A stretch of DNA of 64,000 bases from Marsupella aquatica (taxonomy: Eukaryota > Plantae > Marchantiophyta). This document shows, piece after piece, positions 12,923-26,540 of this stretch (position 1 is its first letter; every line of letters starts with the position of its first letter). The position numbers and the translations under genes are program-made. The stretch covers positions 14,604,684-14,668,683 of the forward strand of contig OZ316896.1 of NCBI GenBank assembly GCA_973895155.1, given 5' to 3'. The notes under the pieces were generated by a model. The model saw only the letters and a list, made by a program, of their open reading frames with translations, was not told the DNA's origin and searched no databases.

Positions 12923-14672
12923 CTAGCGCTTTCTCTTACTACCTCTGCCCTTCGAACCTGCAATCTTCAAGAGCAGGTCAGCAGACCCAATTCGTCGCTG
13001 TTGCCTCCCATACTGAATGCGACTGCTGCCCTTCACCTCCTCTTCCTCCTCATCGTTCTCTGAATCAGACTTCAATTCCTTTGCAAAAGTAGAAACAGCA
13101 GATTTGTGTTTACCGATGCGGTCTCCGCCATCCCGCTGCTGCTTCCCTGCACCTGTCATTATCCGGAGTTTCTTCTCCACAGGGCTCATGGTTGCTACTA
13201 CTTTAGAGTGAGGCAAATACTTGGCGCCCAGCCCTAACCTGCAGGCAGTAGCGAGAAATTAATGAGTGAGAAAGCTCTCCTTAAACACCCACAATTTCTC
13301 AACGGCTGTCAATGCATTATCGCTCACTGAGCAAGGACCCGGAGCTTGATTGCTTTGATATAATCTAGATAGATTTTGGTATTTGTTTCATACATGCTCA
13401 CATTCTCTCACCCACTATTGGCAGTCCATCTCATTCCATAATCTTCCGCAAATCCATTAGACGGAACTTTGAACCCAGTTCTATTTCGCCCCATACATGC
13501 GCCTACCCCATGCTCTGCTGATGACCTGAGACGGCTGAATCTGTACTTCAAACAAACGCTGCACCAAAGCACAGACGAGGCTCTGTCGGGTGCAGGAACA
13601 TACGATTCTAGTTGGCCTCTATAGAAAACGGGTTACAGGATGGTGGACCATCTAATAACTCCCCTTGCTCGCGTCTCGCAGGGTCGCCCCGTACACAACA
13701 CAAAACGCAGGGCTACCTCACAATAAACGTCAGGAAAGGACAACGAATTCTGAAAAATCGTTCAGGCTTCCGCTCTTGTCATGGGCAAGGATCGTCTCAC
13801 ACAGCCCTTCAATTCAAGATTGGTAAGAGTAGCTAGTGGTCTACAATCAATCACGGCGCCCATCCACCTGGAAGAACATGAATGCCGAACTTCGGGATAC
13901 GTGGGCGTACAATTCCCTATCCCCTAAACTTGAGCGACCGCTTCTGGCAGCCTGTCGATTCTGTAAAGAAGGATTAGACTATATGCCTTCTGAAACATGA
14001 TCGGTCGGAATGTCTGATGCACAACGACGAGGACAGTACCTTCCCTCGCCGCATACCCAATTAACCGGAAGACTAGAGGACGATAGAAATGTTCCCATAT
14101 TACCCCGCAAAAGCGCAAGGCAAGGGAAGATAAACAACCACAAAAGTCAATACTCAGTTTCGGTGTCGTGGGATCTTTCCTGGGATGGGGCTTGGCTACA
14201 ACTGCAAACTTGTCGATTCTCCCATAACAAATCCGCAAGATGCCATGCAAAATTGATTACTCCAACCCTAATTTGTGAAAACCAATAAATTTTGAAAGGA
14301 AAACAAAATGTAGGGAGCAGAGCGAATCCACAAGCAGAGGAGCACAAACCTCGGTGGTCGAGCTTCCAACTCTACTGTCTTCGGGTCATCGCTTTCGGAG
14401 CCCGAATCCGATTCATCCAACATATTTCGTACCCATCCTTTGGCCTGTGATTCACAAGGGTTAGCACTCTCACGTTAACACACCATCGACAGAGAGCAAT
14501 CTCGGAATCTACAGCGCAGACTATTGTACACGACAAAAAGAACAAACACGCAGAAAAGGAACGCGGAAACACTTGTAAGAATGTTCCCCCTCACCAGTTG
14601 CGAGGCTTTGCTTGAAACGACAATCTCAGATTGCTTCTTGGCGACGACCACCTCGCCATTCGCTTGCGGCAT
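12923..14672 (-). CDS. Conserved small basic/acidic protein (~162 aa), DUF3245-like (RPxRLGLGAK motif)
   Basis: Exons 14672-14595, 14444-14350 and 13238-12923 with GT-AG introns give MPQANGEVV...AKGWVRNMLDESD...ELEARPPRLGLGAKYLPHSKV...SPVEKKL...KRKR*. The family is assigned from memory of the motif. Confidence 0.8.
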
Positions 14673-16376
14673 CTCGTCCCTCTAAGTAAATCTTATTGGA
14701 AGGCGTCTTATTAAGGGTGGGTTCACAAGATTTCTGAGGCCTAAAGGGGCTGAGACGGCTCCTTGGACAAGCTCAACGATCCATCGACGCGCAGCGCTAC
14801 ATTGCTGTACTGCAGTTGACAGGAGCTCACGTATCAATCAACTTTCTCACCTACAGTGGTAGAAAAGCGCTCATCGATGGAAAAACTTTCCCCGCCTCGT
14901 TAAAGAAGGGCTCACATATCGATCCACATCCTCTCAAGTCTCCTTTTCTTTGTTGAAGGGAGATTTTGCTACCGATGAAAAACGCAATCACGAGTCCAGA
15001 CTCCAGACTACCCACAAACGGCAAAACAGTTGACTGTCCATGGTATGCTCCAGAGTGTCAGCGCTAGCAATGTAGGCGTCGTCCCAAAAGAACGGTACAG
15101 CTGATGGTCAAGCAATCTGTAAGGTTGATCTGTTTGTCTGGCTACCAACTCGGCAGGGATGACATTTTGGGATTTTAGTACGTTTTATGATCTGAATCGT
15201 TGATTTTGAACATGGATGGTGAAGATTGACTTGTTGCATCTGTTCGCTGACTGCTATACTTTGTGACTCTTCCCCGAAAGTGGAAATAGGGTGTGGGTTG
15301 AGTGCTGTACTTTTTTACTCTTCCCGAAAGTAGAAATAGAGGGTGTGGGTTTTTTATCAAAGCTGCTTCCACTTGGCCAGGCCAGAATTTAGAATCACAC
15401 TCTGGTTATTCCGACACATTCAGACACACGGAAATGAACTAAAGACAATCGTCTATTGAATTACGCCATTCTCGGATCCTGACAACATTCATCACAAGTT
15501 TGCAGAAGTTCGTGAGCACCTACGGGGCAGGCAATCCCGTTCTCCTAATTTATTGCCTGACCTGATGAATCCACCATATGCTGCAGTTGGTAACACCCCA
15601 TACTCGCATCACTATGTAAGCATGACGAGACCAAAGTGGAAATGATGACCATAAACCCTTCTTAGGCTACTTTGCATTGATATAAAAAAACGTACATTCG
15701 TGATGTTAAACATAAGAATATTATACAAGGATATGCAATGCACAGTAACGGTCCCCAACTTACAACCAATTCCAGGTCAAGTAACTGACAACGAGCATAA
15801 TAAAATCCAACCACACAACTTGCTCATCCAATGTGGGATTCTTTCAATTTTATTGAGATAAATTCCATACAGACTGCTGAACAATAATCTATTACAATGG
15901 TACTGCATTAGCGGTATGCATCCCATATTGTACATACCTATCCTAAAGACAAACTCAGGAACCTTCAGTGGCTATTTTTTTCGCGCGTGCCTTAGTAACA
16001 TTCTCAGGTTGGCAGGCACCTTTTGGAACTACAAAGCCTGCTTAGGGGCCCATCTCCGTTACCCCCTTTTTTCCTGCCCACTAGAGGCTTTCTAATGACA
16101 CAATGTTCATCCGTGGGGGCTTGAGGGGCTACGTGTACAGCCAGGAAAACAGAAACCTCCGTCAAATAGGTAGAACCAGTTACAAAAGTAACCTAACAAC
16201 AAGCACTGTTTAGAAGAGCCCCGTCTCTCTGAATTTTTTTGTGTCGTTTCTTCGTTAGTGTCATAACTGCAAATCCATGGAACCGCGCGGTAAGACCTCA
16301 TTTGCTGACTGCAGTTCTGTCGGAAGTTACCGATTTACAACCGATCAAGGTCATTTTTCGTGAGACAACTTTTGAA

Positions 16377-19300
16377 CTATATAAGGCCTGCGAGAACGGC
16401 AGCAGGGCCTGTCAATCCATGGGATGGAGGTACAGGAGCTGGAACTGGAACTGGAACTGGAGCAGCGGGGGACGGAACATCAATCAGCTGCTCTTTGATA
16501 TACTCCTTAATCCTGTTGAAACCAAACAGAACACCAGGTCCCACAATCTTAATGACCACCTCTAGATCACAAGGCAAAGATAACTGTCACTGAAACAGAA
16601 ACACGAACTCAACAAGGCTTCGCCAACGGATGCCTTTCAGATTTCTACTTACTCGTATGTTGTGTTGGAATCTGGAGAGGCCACCGTTATGCGAACTTGT
16701 GTCCGATCTGCAGGGTCTGTCTCAACCCGTATCTGGTCCATGATTTCAAATGCATCAGACGTAAAATGAGAATCTAAAGACACTAGATATACGGCAAAAC
16801 GTATTTCAAAGATACCAATTCAGAAAGAGCAAGCATAAAACGTTTGGAATACATACCAGACATAAAATCGATCCTCCACTCTCTGAGAAGAAGGTAGTTG
16901 CTGCAACAATGTTGTTTGGATTAGGATCCTGCGAAGGGCATATGAAGTTCGTTAGTAAGTTGTTACCACACAAAGTCTAGGCTAGAGATGGCAGGCTTCG
17001 AGGATTGACAAACCACATCATCAATTTATTGAGGAACCAGTGAAGATTATGTTGGTCAAAATCATCATAAAGACTACTAGAAACAAATAAACTCAACATA
17101 CACACTAACTGGACGTAGAGAAACTAAAATCCAGACACGAAACATTGTAAGCCCACTAATTGACACCTACTGTGCCAATTAGTCCCTCCCGACTGGTAAA
17201 CGTACCAGTCCAGGTGCCACACCAATATGGAGACTGTTGAACAACTCAGCCATTTCTGGCAATGGCAAAGGCTTTACTCCCCGAACCTGGTCAAGCAGAA
17301 ATCACTCAATAGGTCTGTAAGTGTGCTTTGAAGCAAATCTCACCTACTTTGAAGTCTCTAAAAATGATACTGATCAGTTGTTCAAGAAATTATAGACCAG
17401 AATACATACCACTTCTTGAAGCTTAGTAGGTGGACCAACCAATGCCCTCCACTTGGTAACAAAATCAGGGGGGGCAGGAGTAGATTGTAAAAACTTATTC
17501 AGCACCACTGGCAACCGCAGTTTTAGGCTCACCTACACATCATATAACATTTCAAAACGTGTTCAATGTCAGAGGCACATTGATTGATGAAGTTCTGATA
17601 GTCTCAAGACTAGCAGGCGAAAGAAAAGGGGTTCCCCACTTACAGGAACATTGCCATTCGTGTATGCGAACTCTAGGACTGGGACTTCTCTGCTGGCCTG
17701 TATGCAAACCACGTCAAGAGGGCATTGCACCTGCAATACGAGCGTTCTGTCCACGTCAAGACTGTAGAATGATGTGAAGTGCTGTCCAAAATAAGATATG
17801 CAGGATGGAAGACTTGGGATATCTGGTTCCGATTATCAGAGAGTTCAGAAAATCGCACAGGCTACTCCAGTATTTCCTCTACATATACCAATATCTAGAC
17901 AATCATCTAAACGAGTGACTCGTCGATCCTTTCTATTCAGGACCATCAGACACAGGGTAAGTAATATGTGAGCCAACAACCAACCTGTGCTCTTGGAGGA
18001 ATAAGATCAGGAAGACTTGAAAGCTGCATACGATAATTAGAAGGTGGTAAAATCACAGACTTCACTGAGTCCAACTTTCCTGGGTGCTTGTTTCCTATGA
18101 ACAAGACCATTCTTCCTTGAGGACCTCGCCAGTCAGCCTTGATACCAATCTGCACATCCGACCTCACTTTAATAACAGCAGTGTTGCCATACCATTCTAA
18201 TCCCAAGGGGAACAAATTTATACCTACCCTCACTGATCCAATATTGATCCAGGAAAATGGGGACATGAGCTGTGCCACGGACACGTTTTCATTCGCATTC
18301 TATACTCTGCTTCGGTATCTCCCCAAAATACCCTTCATTACCATATCTTGCTGTGTGTTGCAACAAAAGCATTAATTTACAGCGTATCAGTGTCTGCGGT
18401 CTACGAGTATGAACAAGTTGAGCAAGGATGAACGTGAATTTGCACCTGTATGTAAGGGTCCTCGTATAAAACACCACTATCCTTAAAAGTAAGCGCACGG
18501 AACCAATCCGCAACACTGCCTGTTGGCTGAAGATGACGAACCAAAAGGAAGGAGTTAGCAACCCGAAAACCATTCCAAATCAAGCAGGTTCGTTGAAATA
18601 TCCCCAGACGATAACTTAAAACATTGAAGTACAGCGACTTAGCAATCAAAGGACTACTCTCTAAATCCTACTCGGCCTTGACAGCTATCAACATCTCTTG
18701 TGAGATTGCTGACCACAAGCAAGCTGAATATTAGGAGGGATAAGGTGGCAGAAACGTTCCAAAACTTTTCAAATCGAGGCACAGACACTATACCTTTCAT
18801 AAGAAAGGGATTCCAGGCCTTTTTGCAACCTCATTCGACTTCATAAGGTAAACTATGCTTCTCCAGCATTAATGATCACATCACATCTACTAAAAACAGA
18901 ATCATTTGACCACTGCTATTTACAAGGCCTGGCAAACTGGAATGTCATATTTAAGTTAACGAGAGAATAATAGTACAAAAAAGTTTCAGAAGCAACCCCA
19001 AGGAGCGACTATTGCTGTACCTGCACATTAGAACTTTCCGTCAGGACCAACGCCAACGGATCGACAGGACCTGAGACAGCTGCAGGGACTGCGGCAGGGG
19101 CAGGCGCAGGCGCAGGGGCAAAACCGGCTGGAAGGGGTGCCTCAAGAGCAAGTAATTCATTTCCTGGGTCTGCTTGGGCGACGGGCATCGCAACGGGACC
19201 TTCAATAGCCAGAGGAGCCAACAAATCACCGAGAAAATCGGCCGGATCTCTAGGAGCAGGAGGAGCGGGAGCAGGCGCGGGAGCAGGAGCGGGAGCAGGT

Positions 19301-22300
19301 GCAGGAGCCGGACCCGGGGCCGGACCCGGAGCAGCTGTTGGATGCGTAGGTCTTGGTGGGGCTCCGTTTGCATATGGTACAGGAGGAGGCTGAGCTGCTG
19401 GTTCAGGAACTCCGACTGGATCCTGGGATCAAAAACGTTTCGGGTCAACGTTATCGATGAAACATACGGACATAAAAAAACAGCCATGATCTGAGAACAA
19501 TCTCAAGAAAAGAAACATCCTTGTCCAGAGTGGAAAAGTCGTACAACGGGGCGAGGTCCAGCAGAAAATCTGGGCATATTTGAAGCCGGAGCCGCCCCAT
19601 TGGCTGGTCGTGCATCAGAAACGATTAACGCTGTGGAGTTTTGTTGTTGTAACCGCAATTTTGTGGCACTCAAATCAGCTGTTTCCCCTTCTGTATCTTC
19701 TGCCTTCTTCAAAAGAGCCGACTGTAACAATACACAGCATTCTTAATTACTTCCTCCCAGTCTGATAATCGATTATTCTATGTATCAACTCACTAAAGTA
19801 CTCTACATGCTTCTACTAACCTTTTTTCTAAATACAAGGCCTCATGCTCAAACACGACTGACATACTCTGACGATGATAGTATACGGCTAATTTCTCAAG
19901 AACAACAAAAATTTCCTAGTGGATCTATAAAAGGGAACAGTATGTAAAACGAATAACTGTCCTCCAGAAACATCACCTCTCGCTCTGGGAACTTTGGCAT
20001 CTCTGCTAAAATGTCCACCATCGAGATCCCTTTTTGACTGAGTGCAAAGTACTCAACCGCACGTTGCTGAACTTCAGCATCGATAAAACTCTCATACCTG
20101 CCAATCAGGCAGCACAGCACTAGTATTCATTCACTTTCAAAGCCCTACCAGTGAGTAGTTCTATGTACCACTTCTTGCCGAGTAACAAACAGGACCCATA
20201 ATGCCAATTCAATGTAAAAATTATTCAAAATCCCAATAGCGGACCCAAGTGCCAAATATAGATGTTCCAAAGAATTTCTTAATGGGATGAGAACTGTGGA
20301 TCGAAGAGTGTAATCCGTCTTCGGCTTCAGCTACTTTAAACTGTTACTTAGGGATTTACACCTAGCACTTACTTCTTGAAAACTGCTAGAATGTGCTCTT
20401 GCAACTCGGGATCCGGAGGTTGCGAATGCATGTATATTTTGATGTAAGCAGATAACAATAAAGCCTTAGTTGACGTCCTGCAGTCAGAGATAGACACCAT
20501 GTAGATTCAGTAAGTGTACAGTAAAAGAGCAGTCAAAAGTACACTCACTCGATTTCAGCAGTTATCAACAGCAAGGAGAACTAGCAGTTGAAGTGTTTGT
20601 GGATTGGATTGAGACAGTGGCTTACGAGACGGTTGGAAACTTGTCGTGAATTATTTCAAAAATTTCTTTTGGGGTACAGCCTGGCCGACGTGCTAAGAGA
20701 TGACTGTACTCTCCTAGCAAATACCCAGCAACCTGCAACAGTGGCTCATAAAACAGGTTAGTTCACGATACATTGATCTAGACCAGTTGAGCGACGCTCC
20801 AAAGTGACTCTTAAGGAGAAATCAATTGCCTCAGAGGGCCATGCAACCTACCGTTGTTGGATATTGTGCATTTCCTAGCATCAAAGGTCCAAATTTTATT
20901 ATAGTTGAGGATGACGCTTCAAAAGTTACCTTCACAGTTGTTTCATGGACAGCTGGTTTATCCAAATATTCTCGGGCTTTCGCTGCTGCATATGCCTGAC
21001 GTATTTGAAACTTTCAAAATTAGAAGGAAACTACTAAGATTACCTCTAATCTATCTGATAATCCAGCTTGAATTGAATTGACTGAGAGGCACTTTACAGC
21101 AAACAAAATAAAGGCAAACAAAGATCACAATGCCTCAGGATAACGCACCTGAAATTCCTCATTAACTTAGTACATCTCTGTATTCTATTATTCTTACTCA
21201 GAAATTTGAATCTACAACCAACAGACTCACGAAAGGCCAGTAGTCCTTGTTCTATACAAAATTGCTCACTAGAGTAGGCAAAGGGTGGAACCTGAAGATC
21301 TTCATTGTTGGTGACAAATTGAACCACTCGGTACCAGATGTCATCACTCACAAAATCTCCTGCCTTCTCAATTAGCTGAAGAATCACATCAACATACCTG
21401 CAGGCAATCATTTTGTACAGGAAAGAAGTTAGCTAATGGTGATAATATGAAAATGATAGTGCAGACAGTAAAAAGGAAGTAGACTGCACAAATTACCAGA
21501 TTGAACCCCAACGAAGTGAACCTAGCATCTGAACCACCATAGATAAGTTAAAGTCTTCTTCATATATGTGATAAAATTAAATAACGCGTTCATTTATACC
21601 ACGACAAATCTGGTGCAAACTTTTCCGCAAGAATCGCAGCCTTAAGCGCAAGCTCTTCACGGATCCCAAAGTCGGCCGTGGTAAGGTACTGCAAAAAGTG
21701 AATCCGGTAAGTTTGGATCTCTGAAACACTACGACAATAGACAGAAAGCCTGCAGAGTAATACCTGCATACATTTCAAGAAAACTATAGCAAAACTCATG
21801 GTATACAGGATGAGATTACTTAGTTTACTAGCGGATTGGGTTTGAACCTCGTCCCTAAACTCGATAGCGGAGCCAGAAAAATTGAAAATTAGTTGAGACT
21901 AGGTTGAGTGAAACCTGGAGAAGTTCTTCAACAATGTCTTTGGCATTGCTCACGTCACACATGCCGTATAACAAATCCAGTGACCTCCTCCTAATACTGC
22001 ACATTCTCCCACCAACCAAGTGTATTCAGAGACCTTTTTTTTAAATACATACAAAAAAATTAGGTACCTCTGTACACGAGGTATTTGATCACGACATTGG
22101 TAATTTGCGGTCGCTTGGTTCCGTCATAAGATTCTTAAAAAGCAAATTCTGCAGAGATATGATGTGATCCGAGGTGTTCTTAAACACCGAAAGCCTCTTT
22201 GTCTTACCTGATGTCGGGATCCTTCAGAGAACTAATAATTTGTGCTTGATGTCTTTTGATGCTATCCTGTACATCTGTTACTAGAAGCATTCTGGTCATG

Positions 22301-25300
22301 TTTTCCTGCACACAGAAAAGTCGTGATCCGTTCATCATGACTCTTTCAATTTCACAAACGAACACTATGCAGAGAACAGCTTATTTTCAAACCACCTTAG
22401 TAAGGAATAAACTGCTTCTGACAACTTACCAAGCCCAAGTACCTAATATTGGGTTCTCGCACAGCAATAAACCTTCCGAGCAAAGCAACACACTGCGCCA
22501 TCATTTCTTTTTCTGCATCCAAATGCATCACCTGGAAAAAATCCCAAACACCGCCAGAGTAAGAATATACTTGAGAGAGTGGAGAGTGCAGAGGCAGTGG
22601 GACGAGCCACGAATTTAGATTCTCAACGATCTACTACAAAAGATAAATTACAGACGTTGTGGCAACGAAGTGGCTGAAAACTGAGTGAGAACAATTTTCG
22701 CTAATTAACTCTCCCGATAGAACTCCTGCTCAAATGATCACCTCCGATTAAAGCACAAAGCACAGGAGAGGGAAGTTTTAAATCGAGCATACCAATGCAA
22801 GAGCTTCAAACAGTACAGCATGTGAAGCATTGTTCTTATTCACGTTCTTCACAACATCTGTCCCCATCAACACACGCTGAAGAACCTGAAAAAAAGAAGC
22901 TCTTAAGTAAGTCAAGACATCCTGCGCTCTCGTACAAGTTTCACCTCGAACGGGCTTCGGCAGTAGGTAATGCAAGCCGAGCTTAGGAGTCATTGCTATA
23001 TACTTCGCGCTTTGTTTTGGTGCTTACAACCTCAGCAACCTTTGAATGTCCCCATGATATCAAGAGCATACATCTGTAGGTTGGGCCTACCTCAAATAAA
23101 GATCTCCGCATAGTAGGATCTTCAATGGCAGGGAAATATTGCAAAACACGCATTGTCTTCACCTGTGATGTGAACCGATTGTACACTATGAGTTAAAGAG
23201 GCCCCAAAACTCTTCTCGGTATCACAAATCTCAATATTACAAATAATCAAGAGTACTGAATATAGAAGCGAGAGTATAAATTTTTGAGTTTGATAACTAA
23301 GCTAAATGGAAATTGAAGCACCTGCAACCAAGGTGAAGGAATGCCATAATATGTGTACTCTTGAGGAATATCCTGACCCCTAGTCAGGCGCTCCAGTATT
23401 CGGACACATTTTGGGACACAATTCCAATAGCCGTCGGGATTGTTAGCCACAAGAGAGACCAGTAAACTCATTACTGCCGTGAGCACACCGATGTCTCTTT
23501 CATCCAGAAGCTGCACCATTCGCTCTGACCTGATTTCAGACACACTAGTCAGCTGATCTCTTTCGAACAATAATGCACTTCTGGAGAGCAGTTCTGAACC
23601 ACAGGGCCAGCACTCAAAGATCTCATGCTCTAACTTGTGATGCAGACACGACGACTTCTGAAAATCTCTAGGGCTCATGTACACTACCCTGGGCCCATCA
23701 AATCTTTACGATTAGAATCAAATTGATCAGACAGCAGGTCCGCAGAAACTAGCGTAAAAGTGTCTAGATCTATCTTGTTCATTGGCACTAATATCACATA
23801 CCATCCATCCACGTTCACGACGTCTGGGTTCTTCCTATAGAGCCGCAACAGGCACAGTGCAGCCTTTTTCCGAACAAGTGGTCTGCATGTACTAGAGATC
23901 TGCAAGATGCAATCCAAAGAGATATGACAACACCAAAAGTAGCCTTCTAAGAAATGTCCTCGAAAACTGCAACCCTTTTAAAGATCCATTCACACATCAG
24001 CCAATATTTCTTGAAACCTCCTACGAATTGACAGGAACGTATTACAACCAAAACGCAAGCAACAAGAATTCTAATAATAAAGCATGTTTTTGTCAGTTCA
24101 AAATCTTACCAGAAGTTTCTGCACATCAGGAGCAAGAGACTCCGAAAATTCCTTCCCACCAATATTACCCACCTGCCACCACGCCACCCAAAACATTTAG
24201 AAAATCTTAGCAGCGTCAATAGAAGAAACCGCTTGTTCACCTCTCAACACGTACCACTGACACCCAGCAAACGTGTTTTTTTTTTAACTTGAAGGGAATT
24301 AATGCCTACAGAACAACCAAAAGTCCTGTTGCACATCAACTACCCTGTCCCGCACAACTAAGAATCATAGCGCGAGATTTTGACCCAAACTCAGGGAAAT
24401 ACAGTGGTTTTGAGGACTCTGATTCAAATTCCTATATTCTTAACAAAATACCCCAAAAATTGCAAAAGAGAAGTCTAAAAATACATTAAGGTTATTAGTT
24501 AAATCAATTCCTTGGAATAAATTGCATCATCTCCTCCCCGATATATCACATTTTCGCAATTCCCAATCATAGACAGCCATGATTTCCGTCACAGAGGTGC
24601 GATGACTGCACATTCAGTGGAGCCCATTCAAACAGTTCTACGTCTAGAGATACTTCTAAAATCCATAACAAGTACGGAGAAACTTTCAATTATGTACTCT
24701 CAGCACCTTTAAATAAAGGATTATACCTAGCTCGAACCCAACCATGGCAATGAAGGATGGAAGGAAGGGTATACCATTGTGAGGGCGAGACACTGAAATG
24801 TCTCATTCCTTCCGATTATATCATTGCGCACCGTGTTGATTACCAGCCTCAGAAAGTCATGATTCTCGTTCAGCAAGCAGGATGTGACGATGTAGCCAAC
24901 CTAATTGCACCCGAGCAATCCAATAGTCTTACGGAAAATATCAATTGGAACTCAAACAGATAAGCTTGACAATAACTTCGAAAGCACTTCTCCTCACTAC
25001 CAGGCCTGCTTAACGCAACACTGTGATCATATATGGTCTCTCAAACAGAATCGGAAGACATTGTGCATTTGTAACAAATCTCGTTCGGAGACAGACGATT
25101 GACTTTGAGCTACAAGTTCGGTTTCGGGAAAGAGAACTGGTGATGTGGAAATAGAGCAGACAACCTGCCCAGACACAAATCTAAAGTACCTGCTTCTCTG
25201 CATACTTCGGCGCAGATATTAATGCTACGGTCTCCATGTGCCCGAAATCAACATCGTAGCCCAGCATGTAAATGTAGAGCATCTTCCACACATACTTTTT

Positions 25301-25978
25301 CTTCTCGTAAGGAGTTAAACCCTGGAATTCCAAAAAAAACAATAAAACCGTTAAGTCCTGTATGTCATGAGTAACACAGTCGTACCCTTTAAACCACCAG
25401 TGCACGTGCACATTTTCGTAAATCCCTGGGGAGTGGCCCTGAGCTCTTCTGGTGTAAAGTTTCTCATATCGAGGAATGATATTCCTGCTGTACTGTAGAC
25501 TCCAGTATAATGCAACTATTTCTGCTGGCTCTGTCTTTCCAGGAAGAAACAGGCCTAGAGGATAGGTTGCTGATGCTCCGCCTCCGAAAATTTCTCATCC
25601 TCGAAATGTGAATAAGACAAATGGGGAGGCAGCTCACGAGCAGTAGCCCTCCATTTTCGATACCTATTCATCCAACCTGACCTTGCAACACGTAGATCGC
25701 ACCTCACCTTCAGTGACGACCTCCATCACGGCGTCCCTGAACACCGAAATCTAGCACTACAATGTCCCGACGTACTCAAAATCTACAGTAGCTCTGCTCT
25801 GCAAAAACTCACTTTCGGATTGACGACCTGGAGATAAGTAACATACTCTTTCATTTTTGAACCGAGTCCTGATATTTGCGAGCTCCTTGTCCACACGCAA
25901 TCGCTCTTGCTCCTTGTTCTGACAATTCCTCACATCGCTAATGAATACCGACAGCCCTCTCATCCCCGAGAGAGCCAT
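16377..25978 (-). CDS. AP2A: AP-2 adaptor complex alpha subunit (alpha-adaptin), 27 exons
   Basis: Exon 1 (25978-25847) [37 protein letters not shown]; exon 2 [26 protein letters not shown]; [15 protein letters not shown]; [14 protein letters not shown]; EVQQRAVEY; Pro/Ala hinge; ear domain [12 protein letters not shown] and DPNPNN; last exon 16512-16377. All 26 introns traced as GT-AG in frame. Confidence 0.97.
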
Positions 25979-26448
25979 TTTTGCTCCCACCAATTCAGAT
26001 CTCTTCCGTCGGAAGTCCCTAACCCGATATTTCCAGTCCAAATTCTCCTTCCTGCCGTTCCGCTGTGCTGCTCCTCTCCTCGCCTAAGCAACCTCACTCT
26101 CGTCCACATCAATCAATCCTTCGATCCGCTGCTCCCACTCCTCCCCTCGCCAGCCGACCCACGAAAATTCCTCCCCCGCCCTCATTTCCCCGCATCTGGT
26201 GATCTACTCGAGCTCCGCCAGTTCGTACCCGGATCTACATTCCCTCCGTCTCCACACCGTTCCCTACCGTCCCGACGACAATCCATGGATCTACCTGATG
26301 CACGACCTCCTCCTCCTCCTCCTCTGCTACTCTAGTCCTCTTTCCCACCGAAACGCAGATCCCCGCTGGCCCAGTCCAGTCCAGTCCCCAGCTCTACTTG
26401 CAGCGCCCCGCCACTCCACGCCACGCCACGCCCAACGCGAACACGGAG

Positions 26449-26540
26449 AAGAAGAAGAAGTCGGACGATGTCGACCACGACGAAACAAGAGCAGTAGAAG
26501 CTGCAGAAGAAGAAGAAGAAGAAGAAGCAAAAAGAAGAGG
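26449..26540. repeat. (GAA)n microsatellite tracts in the 5' region of the alpha-adaptin gene
   Basis: GAA runs at about 26449-26460 and 26505-26528. Confidence 0.85.

Noticed and set aside
13325-13420. Extra exon of the DUF3245-like gene
   Set aside because: The exon at 14444-14350 supplies the conserved WVRNM...RPPR segment and splices in frame directly to 13238.
24725-24745. GGTTCGAG (T-loop-like) on the minus strand suggesting a tRNA
   Set aside because: No cloverleaf stems or A box; it is intronic sequence.
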